A stretch of 64,000 bases of DNA from Candidatus Cloacimonadales bacterium. GTDB lineage: Bacteria > Cloacimonadota > Cloacimonadia > Cloacimonadales > JAFGVF01. Location: the NCBI GenBank assembly GCA_963662585.1, contig OY759729.1, positions 1,859,866 to 1,923,865 on the forward strand, given 5' to 3'. Shown here piece by piece: positions 38,101-46,899 of this stretch. The position numbers were made by a program, and so were the translations under genes. Position 1 is the stretch's first letter; each line of letters starts with the position of its first letter. Under the pieces are notes generated by a model. The model had not been told where the DNA came from. It saw nothing but the letters and a program-made list of their open reading frames with translations, and did not search any database.

Positions 38101-38207
38101 CTATGGCAATGGTTCAAATTGGTGGTATGGCAACTTCTACCTTCTTGACCCTGCTTTTGATTCCTTCCTTATTCTTCTTAACTCATTCTAAGAAAAAGAA
38201 ACAATAA
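35142..38207 (+). CDS. RND family efflux permease (AcrB/HAE1-like)
   Basis: 1021 aa with a 12-TM architecture and two large periplasmic loops. N-terminus MSIKRPVMTTMFILVFILFG. Confidence 0.92.
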   Translation: MFLSKMSIKRPVMTTMFILVFILFGLLAFTKMPIDLFPSVNIPYVLVTTVYPGAGPSEVETQVTNIIEDEVATISGLNNVQSYSMDNVSTIVLQFELSKDPKEANQEVKDKINKIINKLPSDAEQPTIEKIEMDAFPVIDLVLTSNSRSVSAIELYELADNTLKDRFAKIEGVARVEISGGEEREIRVETNNRLLKSNNISLASINNIITMNNYNIAAGFFTNKNTEISLTTNAEFTSIEELKNLEIPVDGGTKKLKEIANVFDGKKEIRTISRFFDNIQKSEYSKMVKISLIKSSDANTVALAQEVTKSLPDLKANIPSNIELKLAYDNSVFIQSSVSDTITNLILGVLLTGLVLFLFLHDLRSTFIVALSMPTSIISSFMVMQAMGFSFNMLSLMGLSTAVGVLVSNSIVVLENIFRHKYMGNSNKEAALSGSAEVTTAVIASTATNLVVFLPIAAMSSMAGQFFKEFALTVSIATVFSLIMSFTLTPMLASLILPKEEKLDWFGRIMEKNFKFFEGIYKKALISILSNRVKPVLFAVFMTLLLFATFIFVAPKLGFEFMPEFDQGDLVINIELPEGADLTQTSQKLAEVEKIVLNHPEVKHIISSVGSNNRTNLASAEIKLVDPEFRNITTSQMNQVFINEVTNITNAKIFCRGSRGEDGQSPIQYYLISPDKDYLDSIVPELNAKMKQIPGLINYNVSLRTGKPQLTLLPKRKEIADAGLTAYDIAMVVRGATEGLTSAVYREEGEEYDIRVTMDDNFVSSPEEIGALIVNSPYGQYTISQLATVEFTQTTTQITHRDKLASLIISGEPATGYPLATVTNKIMEVFEDMNFSEDVDVKAGGNAEMMEETNKDMAQAFLLAIILTYMLLASILENFTQPLLILTTLPMATIGVFVLMYLTGTTMNMFSMMAIIMLIGLVVNDAILILDYTKQLMARDNLSAKEALLIACPIKMKPILMTTSAIILGMLPMALGIGSAGKEMRIPMAMVQIGGMATSTFLTLLLIPSLFFLTHSKKKKQ

Positions 38208-38218
38208 CCTATAAACTA

Positions 38219-38250
38219 AGCTGGGTGAATTTCTTTCATCCAGCTCTTTT
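38219..38250 (+). terminator. Putative terminator after the RND operon
   Basis: Stem AGCTGGGTGAA (38219-38229) / TTCATCCAGCT (38235-38245) with one mismatch, followed by CTTTTC. Confidence 0.5.
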
Positions 38251-38258
38251 CAAATAAT

Positions 38259-39134
38259 ATGAAAAACTTAATATCATGCAATATCTGTCCACATAGATGT
38301 GGTGTTGACAGAGTTAACACTTTAGGCTTTTGCCAAGCTCCTGCTCAACTTAAGATGAATTTAGCTCAAATTCATTTTGGGGAAGAACCTTTTTTAGTTG
38401 GAAAAGGTGGTAGCGGTACTATCTTTTTCTCTCATTGTAATTTGCACTGTTGCTATTGTCAGAACTTTGAAATCTCTGCTCACGGACGAGGTGAGTTTAT
38501 CAGCGAAGATAAGCTGATTGAAACAATGTTTTCTCTCAAAGAAAAAGGTGCAGTCAATATTAACTTCGTTTCTCCTAGTCACTATTCCGAAATGCTGATT
38601 CCTGTAATAATGAAAGCTAAAGAAATGGGCTTAAACTTACCCATCGTCTGGAATACAAACTCTTATGAGTCAGTGGAGACCTTAAAGCAACTGGAAGGCT
38701 TAGTAGATATTTATCTGGCTGACTTCCGCTATTGGAATAATGAGAATGGTGTAAAGTATTCAGGAATAAAAAATTATCAAGAAGTAGCAACTTCGGCTAT
38801 TAAAGAAATGTTCAGACAAACTGGTTCAATTAAACTTGATGATGGACTTGCCTGGATGGGTACGCTAATCAGAATTTTAGTCCTGCCTAATAATCTAACA
38901 GGTACAGAATCTATTTTAGAGTGGATAGCCGATAATTTAGGCACACATATAAACATTAGCCTGATGTCGCAATATTATCCCACCTACAAGAGTAAGGACT
39001 TTCCAGAGCTTAATAGAAGTCTTACAAAAAGCGAATATGAAAGGACTGTTACTACTTTAGAAAGACTGGGATTTGATAACTACTTGCTACAAGAACTCAA
39101 TCCTTCAGCTGATTGGACTCCTAAATTTAGATAA
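38259..39134 (+). CDS. Radical SAM protein, PflX-like (pyruvate formate-lyase activase homolog)
   Basis: CxxxCxxC motif CNLHCCYCQN, plus an N-terminal Cys cluster CNICPHRCGV...FC. Confidence 0.75.
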   Translation: MKNLISCNICPHRCGVDRVNTLGFCQAPAQLKMNLAQIHFGEEPFLVGKGGSGTIFFSHCNLHCCYCQNFEISAHGRGEFISEDKLIETMFSLKEKGAVNINFVSPSHYSEMLIPVIMKAKEMGLNLPIVWNTNSYESVETLKQLEGLVDIYLADFRYWNNENGVKYSGIKNYQEVATSAIKEMFRQTGSIKLDDGLAWMGTLIRILVLPNNLTGTESILEWIADNLGTHINISLMSQYYPTYKSKDFPELNRSLTKSEYERTVTTLERLGFDNYLLQELNPSADWTPKFR

Positions 39135-39488
39135 TCCTTGTCTGTTTACACTTGTAAGTGATGTTTACAGGTGTGTTAATGATGTTGAGGAAGTAATCTA
39201 TAAGTTAGGTGTTTTGAACAATGTTTTTCATCTAGCGATATCTGCGTTTCACAGTACTTTATGAGTATTTCAGTATTTAAAAGAATAAAAATATAATTTT
39301 TGGAACTAACAATGCAATTATAAGAAATAACGATCTTTGAAAAACAGTTTAAATTTGAAAGTAAGGATTATAGCTCCTCTTCTAAATCTTCTGTCTCTTG
39401 TCAAACCGAGATTTAGATAATTTATATAGTTTGGAGAGCATTCTATGTAGTCTGTAGGGAAAAAAGGGCTAAACATAAATATAATCCG

Positions 39489-39626
39489 TATTGACGAAAC
39501 AATAATTGGGTATGTAACCTAAGTGAATAGTTTTGGAGAATTTATCACTCACGCTACCTCCTCATGACTGCCTAATCGCAATCTCACTTGCCAACCCAAG
39601 CATCCCAGTTATTGTTTTTGTCAATA
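39489..39626. repeat. Inverted repeat (22-bp arms) just downstream of the AEC transporter stop
   Basis: TATTGACGAAACAATAATTGGG (39489-39510) versus CCCAGTTATTGTTTTTGTCAATA (39604-39626). 20 of 22 positions are complementary. Confidence 0.7.
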
Positions 39627-39642
39627 TTTTTTTATCCGTTTT

Positions 39643-40542
39643 TTAGAGAATAAAATAGGAATACAATGAGACAAAGAGCAGTGAAAGTATTAAAGAAAAA
39701 GATACTATTGTAGCTGCAAACTCTCTATCTAAATCTTCTAATTCTGAGAATATCAGAGTGTTAAAACCTACTGGAGCACTGGCACAAATCAAGACAATAT
39801 CTGATATTGGTTGTGTTAAGTTAAGCAGATTAACAATTATTAATCCCAAGCCAAAACCTAAAGCCATTCTTAGACTTATCACTCCCATAGTTAATTTAAA
39901 ATTAGCAATTTTAGGGTGGAAATAGATTCCCAAGGAAAATATAATTAAGGGCATAGTTGGACTTCCCACATAATCAAGAATATCTAGATATATTTGACTT
40001 AGGGTAAAGGGCAGTAAATTAATTATTAAGCCAATAAAGATCCCCCAAATTGGAGGAAGTAACAACATCTTTTTAATAGGAAGTTGAGAATCTTCTCTGC
40101 TACTATAGCGGATTGCCTGATAATAGGCAAAGATATATATCATAAGAGAATTCCCTAAATCAAAGAGAGAGTAATATCCAAAAGCTGATTGCCCGAAAAA
40201 AGCATAGATAAAAGTAGAAACAAATCCGGTGTTAATTATTAAAGAACCAATTAAAAAAGTACCTTTTCTTTTTTGGGGAAGATTAAGTCTCTTGCAAATA
40301 AGGTTTGCTGGAATAAAAGTGATTAACACAATCAGTATTGGTAAAAGAATAAGATAAAGTAGTTCAACATTGATGATTAGGTTGGCCAAGGAAACTACAG
40401 TAAGAGCTGGAAGAGTAATATTAAGAACTAATTGCAAAAATCTATCAGCATCTTTAATGTTAAAAATACTTAATTTTTTGCTTAGAAATCCTAAGCTAAA
40501 CATAATTAAAACAGGTATAATCTTGACAAAATAAGGGGGCAT
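39643..40542 (-). CDS. AEC (auxin efflux carrier) family transporter
   Basis: 10-TM protein. I start it at ATG 40542 (MPPYFVKIIPVL, GGAG 6 nt upstream) rather than the track TTG at 40578. Confidence 0.8.
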   Translation of the reverse strand: MPPYFVKIIPVLIMFSLGFLSKKLSIFNIKDADRFLQLVLNITLPALTVVSLANLIINVELLYLILLPILIVLITFIPANLICKRLNLPQKRKGTFLIGSLIINTGFVSTFIYAFFGQSAFGYYSLFDLGNSLMIYIFAYYQAIRYSSREDSQLPIKKMLLLPPIWGIFIGLIINLLPFTLSQIYLDILDYVGSPTMPLIIFSLGIYFHPKIANFKLTMGVISLRMALGFGLGLIIVNLLNLTQPISDIVLICASAPVGFNTLIFSELEDLDREFAATIVSFSLILSLLFVSLYSYFIL

Positions 40543-40697
40543 AGATACTCCAACTAAAATATTGTTAATACCAAACAAATAGATATTTAGAATTAGTAAA
40601 GTTTTTTGTTTACAAAATTTCTAAGTTATTAATTTAGGTACTAGATAGAATATATTAAATTATTAAATAAATATAAAAACATTATCCCGGAGGATTA

Positions 40698-42248
40698 ATG
40701 AGCACAGAAAAACAGATTACTGAATTGCGACTTAAGAGAACCGAGGCTGAATTAGGTGGAGGGCAAAAAAGAATAGATGCCCAACATGCTAAAGGAAAGC
40801 TTACAGCTCGTGAAAGAGTCAATAATTTATTAGATCCAAATAGTTTTGAAGAGTTTGATCTATTCGTAGAGCACAATTGCCATGATTTTGGTATGGAAGA
40901 AAATATCATTCCTGGCGATGGAGTAATAACCGGTTGCGGAACTATTAACGGAAGATTAGTATATCTTTTCTCACAAGATTTCACCGTTTTGGGTGGGTCA
41001 TTATCAAAAACTTATGCAGAGAAAATCTGCAAAGTAATGGATATGGCTATAAAGGTCGGAGCTCCTGTTATCGGATTGAACGATTCCGGTGGAGCAAGAA
41101 TCCAAGAAGGTGTGGATGCTCTTGCAGGTTATGCTGAGATTTTCTACAGAAATGTTATGGCTTCTGGTGTAGTTCCTCAGATTTCTGCTATATTAGGACC
41201 ATGTGCAGGTGGAGCTGTTTACTCTCCTGCTATCACTGATTTTGTGATGATGGATAAGAAGAATAGTTATATGTTCGTTACTGGACCTAAAGTTGTTAAA
41301 TCTGTTCTTAATCAAGATGTTACAGTTGAACAACTTGGTGGAGCAATGGCTCATGCAACCAAGAGTGGTGTTACTCACTTCGTTACTGAAAATGAAGAAG
41401 AGACTTTACTCCTTATCAAGAAACTTCTTAGTTATTTACCATCCAACAATTTAGATGATCCTCCTTATATCCCAAATGCTGATCCAATTGACAGAGCTTG
41501 TGATAGACTTAATGATATTATTCCTGAAAATGCTAACAAACCTTATGATATGTTAGATGTTATTCATGAAATAGCTGATGAAAATGAATTTCTTGAAGTT
41601 TCAAGAAATTACGCTCAAAATATCATAGTTGGATTTGCTAGATTTAATGGCTATCCTGTAGGTATTGTTGCTAATCAACCAAAAGTTCTTGCAGGTGTTT
41701 TAGATATCAATGCTTCTTCAAAGGCAGCCAGATTTATCAGATTCTGTGATTCTTTCAATATTCCTTTATTAGTTTTAGAAGATGTTCCAGGATTCTTACC
41801 AGGACCAAATCAAGAGCATAATGGAATTATCAAACATGGAGCTAAGCTTCTTTATGCTTTTGCTGAAGCTACTGTTCCTAAAATCACTGTAATTCTTAGA
41901 AAAGCTTACGGTGGAGCTTATTGTGTGATGAATAGTCGTCACATGAGAGCAGACATGGTTTATGCTTGGCCTTCAGCTGAAATCGCTGTTATGGGACCTG
42001 GTGGAGCTGTGGAAGTTATCTTCCGTAAAGAAGCAATGGCTACTAAAGATCCAAAAGCTGCTCTTAAAAAGAAAGAAGATGAATATAGAGAAAAGTTTGC
42101 TAATCCTTATAATGCTGCTAAGAAAGGTTACATTGATGATATCATTGAACCAAGTAGAACTAGATTTAGGGTTATCAGAACTTTAGAGATGCTAGCCAAT
42201 AAGAAAGACTCTATACCACCTCGTAAACACGGCAATATTCCTTTATAG
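40698..42248 (+). CDS. mmdA: Methylmalonyl-CoA decarboxylase alpha subunit (carboxyltransferase)
   Basis: 516 aa with a propionyl-CoA carboxylase-beta/12S transcarboxylase-like sequence ([23 protein letters not shown]). GGAGG RBS. Followed by OadG-like, biotin-carrier and OadB-like genes. Confidence 0.85.
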   Translation: MSTEKQITELRLKRTEAELGGGQKRIDAQHAKGKLTARERVNNLLDPNSFEEFDLFVEHNCHDFGMEENIIPGDGVITGCGTINGRLVYLFSQDFTVLGGSLSKTYAEKICKVMDMAIKVGAPVIGLNDSGGARIQEGVDALAGYAEIFYRNVMASGVVPQISAILGPCAGGAVYSPAITDFVMMDKKNSYMFVTGPKVVKSVLNQDVTVEQLGGAMAHATKSGVTHFVTENEEETLLLIKKLLSYLPSNNLDDPPYIPNADPIDRACDRLNDIIPENANKPYDMLDVIHEIADENEFLEVSRNYAQNIIVGFARFNGYPVGIVANQPKVLAGVLDINASSKAARFIRFCDSFNIPLLVLEDVPGFLPGPNQEHNGIIKHGAKLLYAFAEATVPKITVILRKAYGGAYCVMNSRHMRADMVYAWPSAEIAVMGPGGAVEVIFRKEAMATKDPKAALKKKEDEYREKFANPYNAAKKGYIDDIIEPSRTRFRVIRTLEMLANKKDSIPPRKHGNIPL

Positions 42249-42257
42249 GTGATAATA

Positions 42258-42971
42258 ATGAAAAAAAATAAATTAGTATTTTTTCTCATCCTGCTATTTG
42301 TTGGAGTAAATCTTTTTGCAGCTGAAGAAGCAAAGGTTACTTTTCAAAAGACAGGAAAAACAGTAGAATTTACTATTAGTGAAAATTACACTCTTAGAGC
42401 GGTAGCTGATAGTATAAACATGCCTGTAAAAAAGTTAAAGGCCATGTTACTCACTGAGCTTTCACTTTATGGAGAAACTCATCCTGATTATAAAGGAGTT
42501 AAGCCACAAAGTAGAGAGTGGGATGTAGTTCCTATCCATGAACTTAATATTACACCGGCAACAGTTGCTGAGAAATTTAATTCCTTTACTGATAATACTA
42601 TGAATTATGGTTATAGTGTTACTGTGGTAGGTATTATAGTTGTATTCTTGAGTTTACTCTTAATAAGTGTCTTAATTAATCAATTCCAACATCTAGAGAA
42701 AACAAAGGATATTAAAGTTAAAAAGAAAGCTAAATCTGCTTTAACTACAATCGAAACTCCAGCTGGGAAAGTTACAGGACCTACAGATGCTATTAGCTCA
42801 AATGCTATTGTTGCAGTCATTGCTGCTTTGCATAAACATAAGTTATCTGTGGAAGAGAGAGTTAAAATTCAAATGACTTTTAGCAGAACCCCGGTAAATA
42901 TGTGGAGTGCTTCTGCCAAGATGGATATGCCGAATAGAGTTTATAATAAACCTACTGATAGGAGTAAATAA
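42258..42971 (+). CDS. Decarboxylase small membrane subunit (OadG/MmdD-like) with an extra N-terminal exported domain
   Basis: ATG 42258 (AGGTGA RBS). Signal peptide, then a ~100-aa domain, then an OadG-like TM (VTVVGIIVVFLSLLLISVLI), then an Ala-rich tail (AIVAVIAALHKHK). Confidence 0.65.
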   Translation: MKKNKLVFFLILLFVGVNLFAAEEAKVTFQKTGKTVEFTISENYTLRAVADSINMPVKKLKAMLLTELSLYGETHPDYKGVKPQSREWDVVPIHELNITPATVAEKFNSFTDNTMNYGYSVTVVGIIVVFLSLLLISVLINQFQHLEKTKDIKVKKKAKSALTTIETPAGKVTGPTDAISSNAIVAVIAALHKHKLSVEERVKIQMTFSRTPVNMWSASAKMDMPNRVYNKPTDRSK

Positions 42972-43702
42972 TGAAATCATATAAAATGAAAATAAATGGC
43001 GAAAATTACGATGCAAAAATTATCTCATTTGACTCAGAACAAGCTAAAATTGATGTCAATGGAAATATATTCATAGTTGATTTTGAAGATGATAATCAAA
43101 ATTTAATACCAAAACTTACTAGAACTTATAAAGAAGTACCAGGTGCTCCTCAGTTGTCTGTTGATTATGCAGACGGAACTGTTAAAGCTCCAATTCCTGG
43201 TGTTATCGTAACAATTAAGAAAAAAGTTGGCGATAGAGTTGAGAAAGGCGAAGCTATTGTTATTCTTGAAGCTATGAAGATGGAATCAGAAATCGAAGCA
43301 CCAGGTTGTGGTGTGATTGAGGAAATCTTAGTTAAAGAAAAAGCTCCAGTTCATGAAGGAGATGCTTTAGTTAAAATCAAGTTTGATGCTATCGAAGAAG
43401 CTCCTGCTCCAAAAGCTAAAGCTCAAACTAAATCTCAACCTGCCAAAGCTACTCCAATGCCTGTAAGTGCTCCTGCACCAGCTGGTAATAACAGTATTAC
43501 TGCTCCAATTCCAGGTACTATCATAGATATTTTAGTTAAACCTGGTGATAAAATTACTTCTGAACAAGCAGTAATTATCTTAGAAGCTATGAAGATGGAA
43601 TCAGAAGTAACTGCTGACTATAGTGGAACTGTTAAAAAAGTCTTAGTCACAAAAGGTCAAGCTGTTCAAGAAGGCGAAGAGCTTATTCAGTTAGGAGATT
43701 AA
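42971..43702 (+). CDS. Biotin carboxyl carrier subunit with two biotinyl domains
   Basis: Two EAMKMESE biotinylation motifs (DNA 43268-43285 and 43583-43600), separated by an Ala/Pro-rich linker. Confidence 0.85.
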   Translation: MKSYKMKINGENYDAKIISFDSEQAKIDVNGNIFIVDFEDDNQNLIPKLTRTYKEVPGAPQLSVDYADGTVKAPIPGVIVTIKKKVGDRVEKGEAIVILEAMKMESEIEAPGCGVIEEILVKEKAPVHEGDALVKIKFDAIEEAPAPKAKAQTKSQPAKATPMPVSAPAPAGNNSITAPIPGTIIDILVKPGDKITSEQAVIILEAMKMESEVTADYSGTVKKVLVTKGQAVQEGEELIQLGD

Positions 43703-43704
43703 TA

Positions 43705-44832
43705 ATGGCTGAATTTATAAATTTCTTTGAAACTACCGGATTTTATAACATTAGTCTGGGCTATGCAATGATGATAGTTATAGGCTTAATCTTTATCTAT
43801 CTCGGTATCGCTAAACATTATGAACCCCTCTTGTTAGTTCCTATTGGATTTGGTATCTTAATAGGAAATATTCCGGGTGTCGGATTGCAAGGACAAGGTG
43901 TTTATGATGAAGGTTCTGTGCTCTATTACCTCTATCTTGGTGTTAGTAAAGGATATTATCCTCCGCTAATTTTCCTAGGAATTGGGGCGATGACAGACTT
44001 CTCAACCCTTATTGCTAATCCTAAATTAATTCTGATTGGTGCTGCTGCTCAAGCTGGTATCTTTATTACCTTTATTGGCTCACTTCTTTTAGGATTTAAT
44101 GTTATGGAAGCTGCCTCTATTGGTATTATCGGTGGTGCTGATGGTCCTACATCTATCTATATTTCTTCTAAGTTGGCTCCTCATCTTTTAGGTGCTATTG
44201 CTATCGCTGCCTATTCCTATATGGCTTTAGTTCCAGTGATTCAACCTCCTATTATGAAAATGCTTACTACTAAGAAAGAAAGACAGATTCACATGAAGAC
44301 TCCTCGCTTAGTTACTAAACAAGAAAAGATTATTTTCCCAATTGTTGGTTTGTTAGTAACATGTTTCATCGCTCCAGGTGGTATTGCTCTTCTTGCAATG
44401 CTTTTCTTTGGAAACTTACTCAAAGAGTGCGGTGTGGCTGAAAGATTAGCTGATACAGCTCGTAATGCCTTAATGAATATTATTACTATTCTGCTTGGTG
44501 TTACTGTTGGTGCAAGTACTGATGCAGGTAAATTCCTAAATTGGTCATCTGTAAAGATTTTCATCTTGGGTGCCTTCTCTTTCTGCGTTGCTACTGCTTT
44601 TGGTATTATCTTCACTAAGTTTATGAATCTCTTCCTTAAAGAAAAGATTAATCCACTTATCGGTAATGCTGGTGTTTCTGCTGTGCCAGATTCAGCTCGC
44701 GTTTCTCAAATTGAAGGTCAAAAGTATAATAAGCGCAATTTCTTACTTATGCATGCTATGGCTCCTAATGTAGCTGGTGTTATCGGTTCAGCTGTGGCTG
44801 CTGGTGTGATGCTTGGTATCTTAGGAAACTAA
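43705..44832 (+). CDS. mmdB: Na+-transporting decarboxylase beta subunit (OadB/MmdB family)
   Basis: 375-aa polytopic membrane protein with family-like strings (PIGFGILIGN, GIIGGADGPT, GNAGVSAVPDSAR). Confidence 0.88.
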   Translation: MAEFINFFETTGFYNISLGYAMMIVIGLIFIYLGIAKHYEPLLLVPIGFGILIGNIPGVGLQGQGVYDEGSVLYYLYLGVSKGYYPPLIFLGIGAMTDFSTLIANPKLILIGAAAQAGIFITFIGSLLLGFNVMEAASIGIIGGADGPTSIYISSKLAPHLLGAIAIAAYSYMALVPVIQPPIMKMLTTKKERQIHMKTPRLVTKQEKIIFPIVGLLVTCFIAPGGIALLAMLFFGNLLKECGVAERLADTARNALMNIITILLGVTVGASTDAGKFLNWSSVKIFILGAFSFCVATAFGIIFTKFMNLFLKEKINPLIGNAGVSAVPDSARVSQIEGQKYNKRNFLLMHAMAPNVAGVIGSAVAAGVMLGILGN

Positions 44833-44862
44833 TTATATAATATTAAAGAAAGAAGATATATA

Positions 44863-44887
44863 AAGCCCTGCTTGCAGGGCTTTTTTA
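44863..44887 (+). terminator. Rho-independent terminator of the decarboxylase operon
   Basis: AGCCCTGC-tt-GCAGGGCT followed by TTTTT. Confidence 0.85.
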
Positions 44888-44959
44888 GCATTTAAGCCTT
44901 TTGAGAATAAGCAAACGAAAAGCAGGAGATCAAGAGATTGAGTCATGAAAAGGCTCTTG

Positions 44960-45258
44960 TTCAAGTCTGGTAGAAATTATTAAGGATTTCCTTGCACCTT
45001 ATTATTGCATTACAGTAAGTTAGGCCTTATAGTGGACAAGAAATTGAAGTTTTTATGCTAAATAAATATGACTTAATCCTGACTTGTGAGGGCGTAGCTT
45101 TGCGAAGACTCAAAGGATGAGTTTATATCCCCAACGGGGATTAATAGTTTGTCCCAGGCTAATCTATTAATCCCTTTCAGGGATGTTTTAACCTTTACAT
45201 TATTAACTAAACTGTTTCGTTATAAATTTATCTTTCCACCAGACTTGAACTTGATCCT
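44960..45258. repeat. ~299-bp element bounded by 17-bp inverted repeats (MITE-like)
   Basis: TTCAAGTCTGGTAGAAA (44960-44976) versus TTTCCACCAGACTTGAA (45242-45258), 16 of 17 complementary. The interior holds small TCCC...GGGA hairpins (45129-45146 and 45167-45185). Confidence 0.6.
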
Positions 45259-45396
45259 ACTAAATTCATTAAACTTATTCCTTATAAGCAACCCCATCAA
45301 TCCAGGTTCTTTAGTCAAAATAATAAAATACTTGCCAAAGTTAACTACTTGATTAAATTTGACCATATAGTTAATGTTTAAGAAATGAGAGGTATT

Positions 45397-46008
45397 ATGA
45401 AACGCTATAATAAAGACACGGAAGAGAAGATTTTGTTGGTAGCACAGCGAATTTTTCGTGAGAAAGGATTTAATGGGACTAAGACTCAAGACATCGCTGA
45501 TGAAGCTGGGATTAATAAAGCACTATTGCATTATTATTTCACAAGTAAAAGTATCCTTTTTGAACGAGTATTTTTAAGCTCAATAGAAGAGGTATTCACA
45601 GCCTTAGCGATACATTTGAATAGTGATGAATCAATAATTGATAAGACTCCTAAAATGGTTTCATCTTATCTTAAATTTGTTAGTCAGAATGCGAATTTGT
45701 TTGTATTTGTTATTTCTGAAGCTTGGCAGAATCCAGAATTTACAGAGAAGTTTGTCAAAATAGTTTTAAGTAAAATTAATTATAACCAATATGTTACTTC
45801 CTTCAAGCGAGAAATAGAGCAAGGGATTATTAAAGATGTTGATCCAGTTCAATTCTTGATAAATTTAGTATCTCTATGTATCTTCCCTTTTCTTGGTTCT
45901 CCGATTATCCAGAATGTCTTTGCTAAGGTTGAGGTTGATAAAAAAGAATTCTTTCTCCAGCGCAAAGAAGTGATCACTAATACTATGTTATCAATGGTAA
46001 AAAAGTAG
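45397..46008 (+). CDS. TetR/AcrR family transcriptional regulator
   Basis: HTH FNGTKTQDIADEAGINKALLHYYFTSK. ATG 45397 with GAGAGG upstream (the track starts at 45385). Confidence 0.88.
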   Translation: MKRYNKDTEEKILLVAQRIFREKGFNGTKTQDIADEAGINKALLHYYFTSKSILFERVFLSSIEEVFTALAIHLNSDESIIDKTPKMVSSYLKFVSQNANLFVFVISEAWQNPEFTEKFVKIVLSKINYNQYVTSFKREIEQGIIKDVDPVQFLINLVSLCIFPFLGSPIIQNVFAKVEVDKKEFFLQRKEVITNTMLSMVKK

Positions 46009-46014
46009 GTAGAA

Positions 46015-46899
46015 ATGAGAAGAATATTCATATTTATGGCAATGTTAATTCTGCTAAACGCTTGTGGAAAATACGATAAAACTAGTGATGCTTATGGTAA
46101 TTTCGAGAGTGAAGAGATAATCGTAAGTTCGGAGACTATGGGGATTTTGCAGGATTTTAAAGTTATTGAAGGTAATAGTGTGTTAAAGAATGAGATTATT
46201 GCAGTGATAGATACTACTGAAATGAGTTTACAGAAGAGGGAATTGCAAGTACAGTTAGCTTTAATTAAGATAAAAGAGGCTAAAGTAAAATCTGAACGGG
46301 AAGTAATAGCAATAGAATTGGCTAAAGTGCAAAGAGATGTTGAAAAAAATAGAATTCTCCTTGATGCTGGGGCTTTGGCTTTGGATATTTTGGAGAATTA
46401 TCAGTATAAAGAAGATGTTTTACAGACACAATACTCGGGTTCTCTTTTAAATCTCTCTTCTTTAGATTCTGAAAGGAAGCAGTTAGAAATCAAGATTGAA
46501 AAGATTAATCATGAGATAAGCAAATCTTACATAAAGTCTCCTATTAGCGGAACAGTCTTAACTAAATTTGTTCAAGTTGGAGAGTTCGTTACCTTGGGAA
46601 AGCCTGTGATAAAAGTGGCGAACTTAGCAGATATTTATCTCAAGGCTTATGTTACTCAAACTCAGCTTGCTTCTATAGCCTTGAATCAGACTGTTACTAT
46701 TTTAATAGATGATAATGCAGGTTTACGGGAGTTAGAGGGGCGTATCAGTTTTATAAGCTCTAAATCGGAATTTACACCTAAGACTATTCAGACTAGAGAT
46801 GAAAGGGCTAATTTAGTCTATGCTATCAAAATTAAAGTTAAGTATGAGGAAGCTATAAAGATAGGCATGCCAGCAGAAGTTATTTTTAAGAGGAAGTAA
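46015..46899 (+). CDS. HlyD-family periplasmic adaptor lipoprotein (YbhG-like)
   Basis: Lipobox LLNACG, a coiled-coil middle region and a beta-barrel C-terminus. TAATG-coupled to the ABC ATPase. Confidence 0.8.
   Translation: MRRIFIFMAMLILLNACGKYDKTSDAYGNFESEEIIVSSETMGILQDFKVIEGNSVLKNEIIAVIDTTEMSLQKRELQVQLALIKIKEAKVKSEREVIAIELAKVQRDVEKNRILLDAGALALDILENYQYKEDVLQTQYSGSLLNLSSLDSERKQLEIKIEKINHEISKSYIKSPISGTVLTKFVQVGEFVTLGKPVIKVANLADIYLKAYVTQTQLASIALNQTVTILIDDNAGLRELEGRISFISSKSEFTPKTIQTRDERANLVYAIKIKVKYEEAIKIGMPAEVIFKRK

Noticed and set aside
39073-39264. A 63-aa ORF overlapping the 3' end of the radical SAM gene.
   Set aside because: It is out of frame with a supported gene and has no RBS. The sequence beyond the stop is a non-coding spacer.
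40682-40984. A 100-aa ORF on the minus strand at the 5' end of mmdA.
   Set aside because: It is antisense to a well-supported carboxyltransferase gene and has no RBS or recognisable features.
45149-45489. ORFs 45149-45352 (+) and 45220-45489 (-).
   Set aside because: They lie within the IR-bounded element and promoter region. The second runs antisense into the TetR start. Their products are low-complexity and neither has an RBS.
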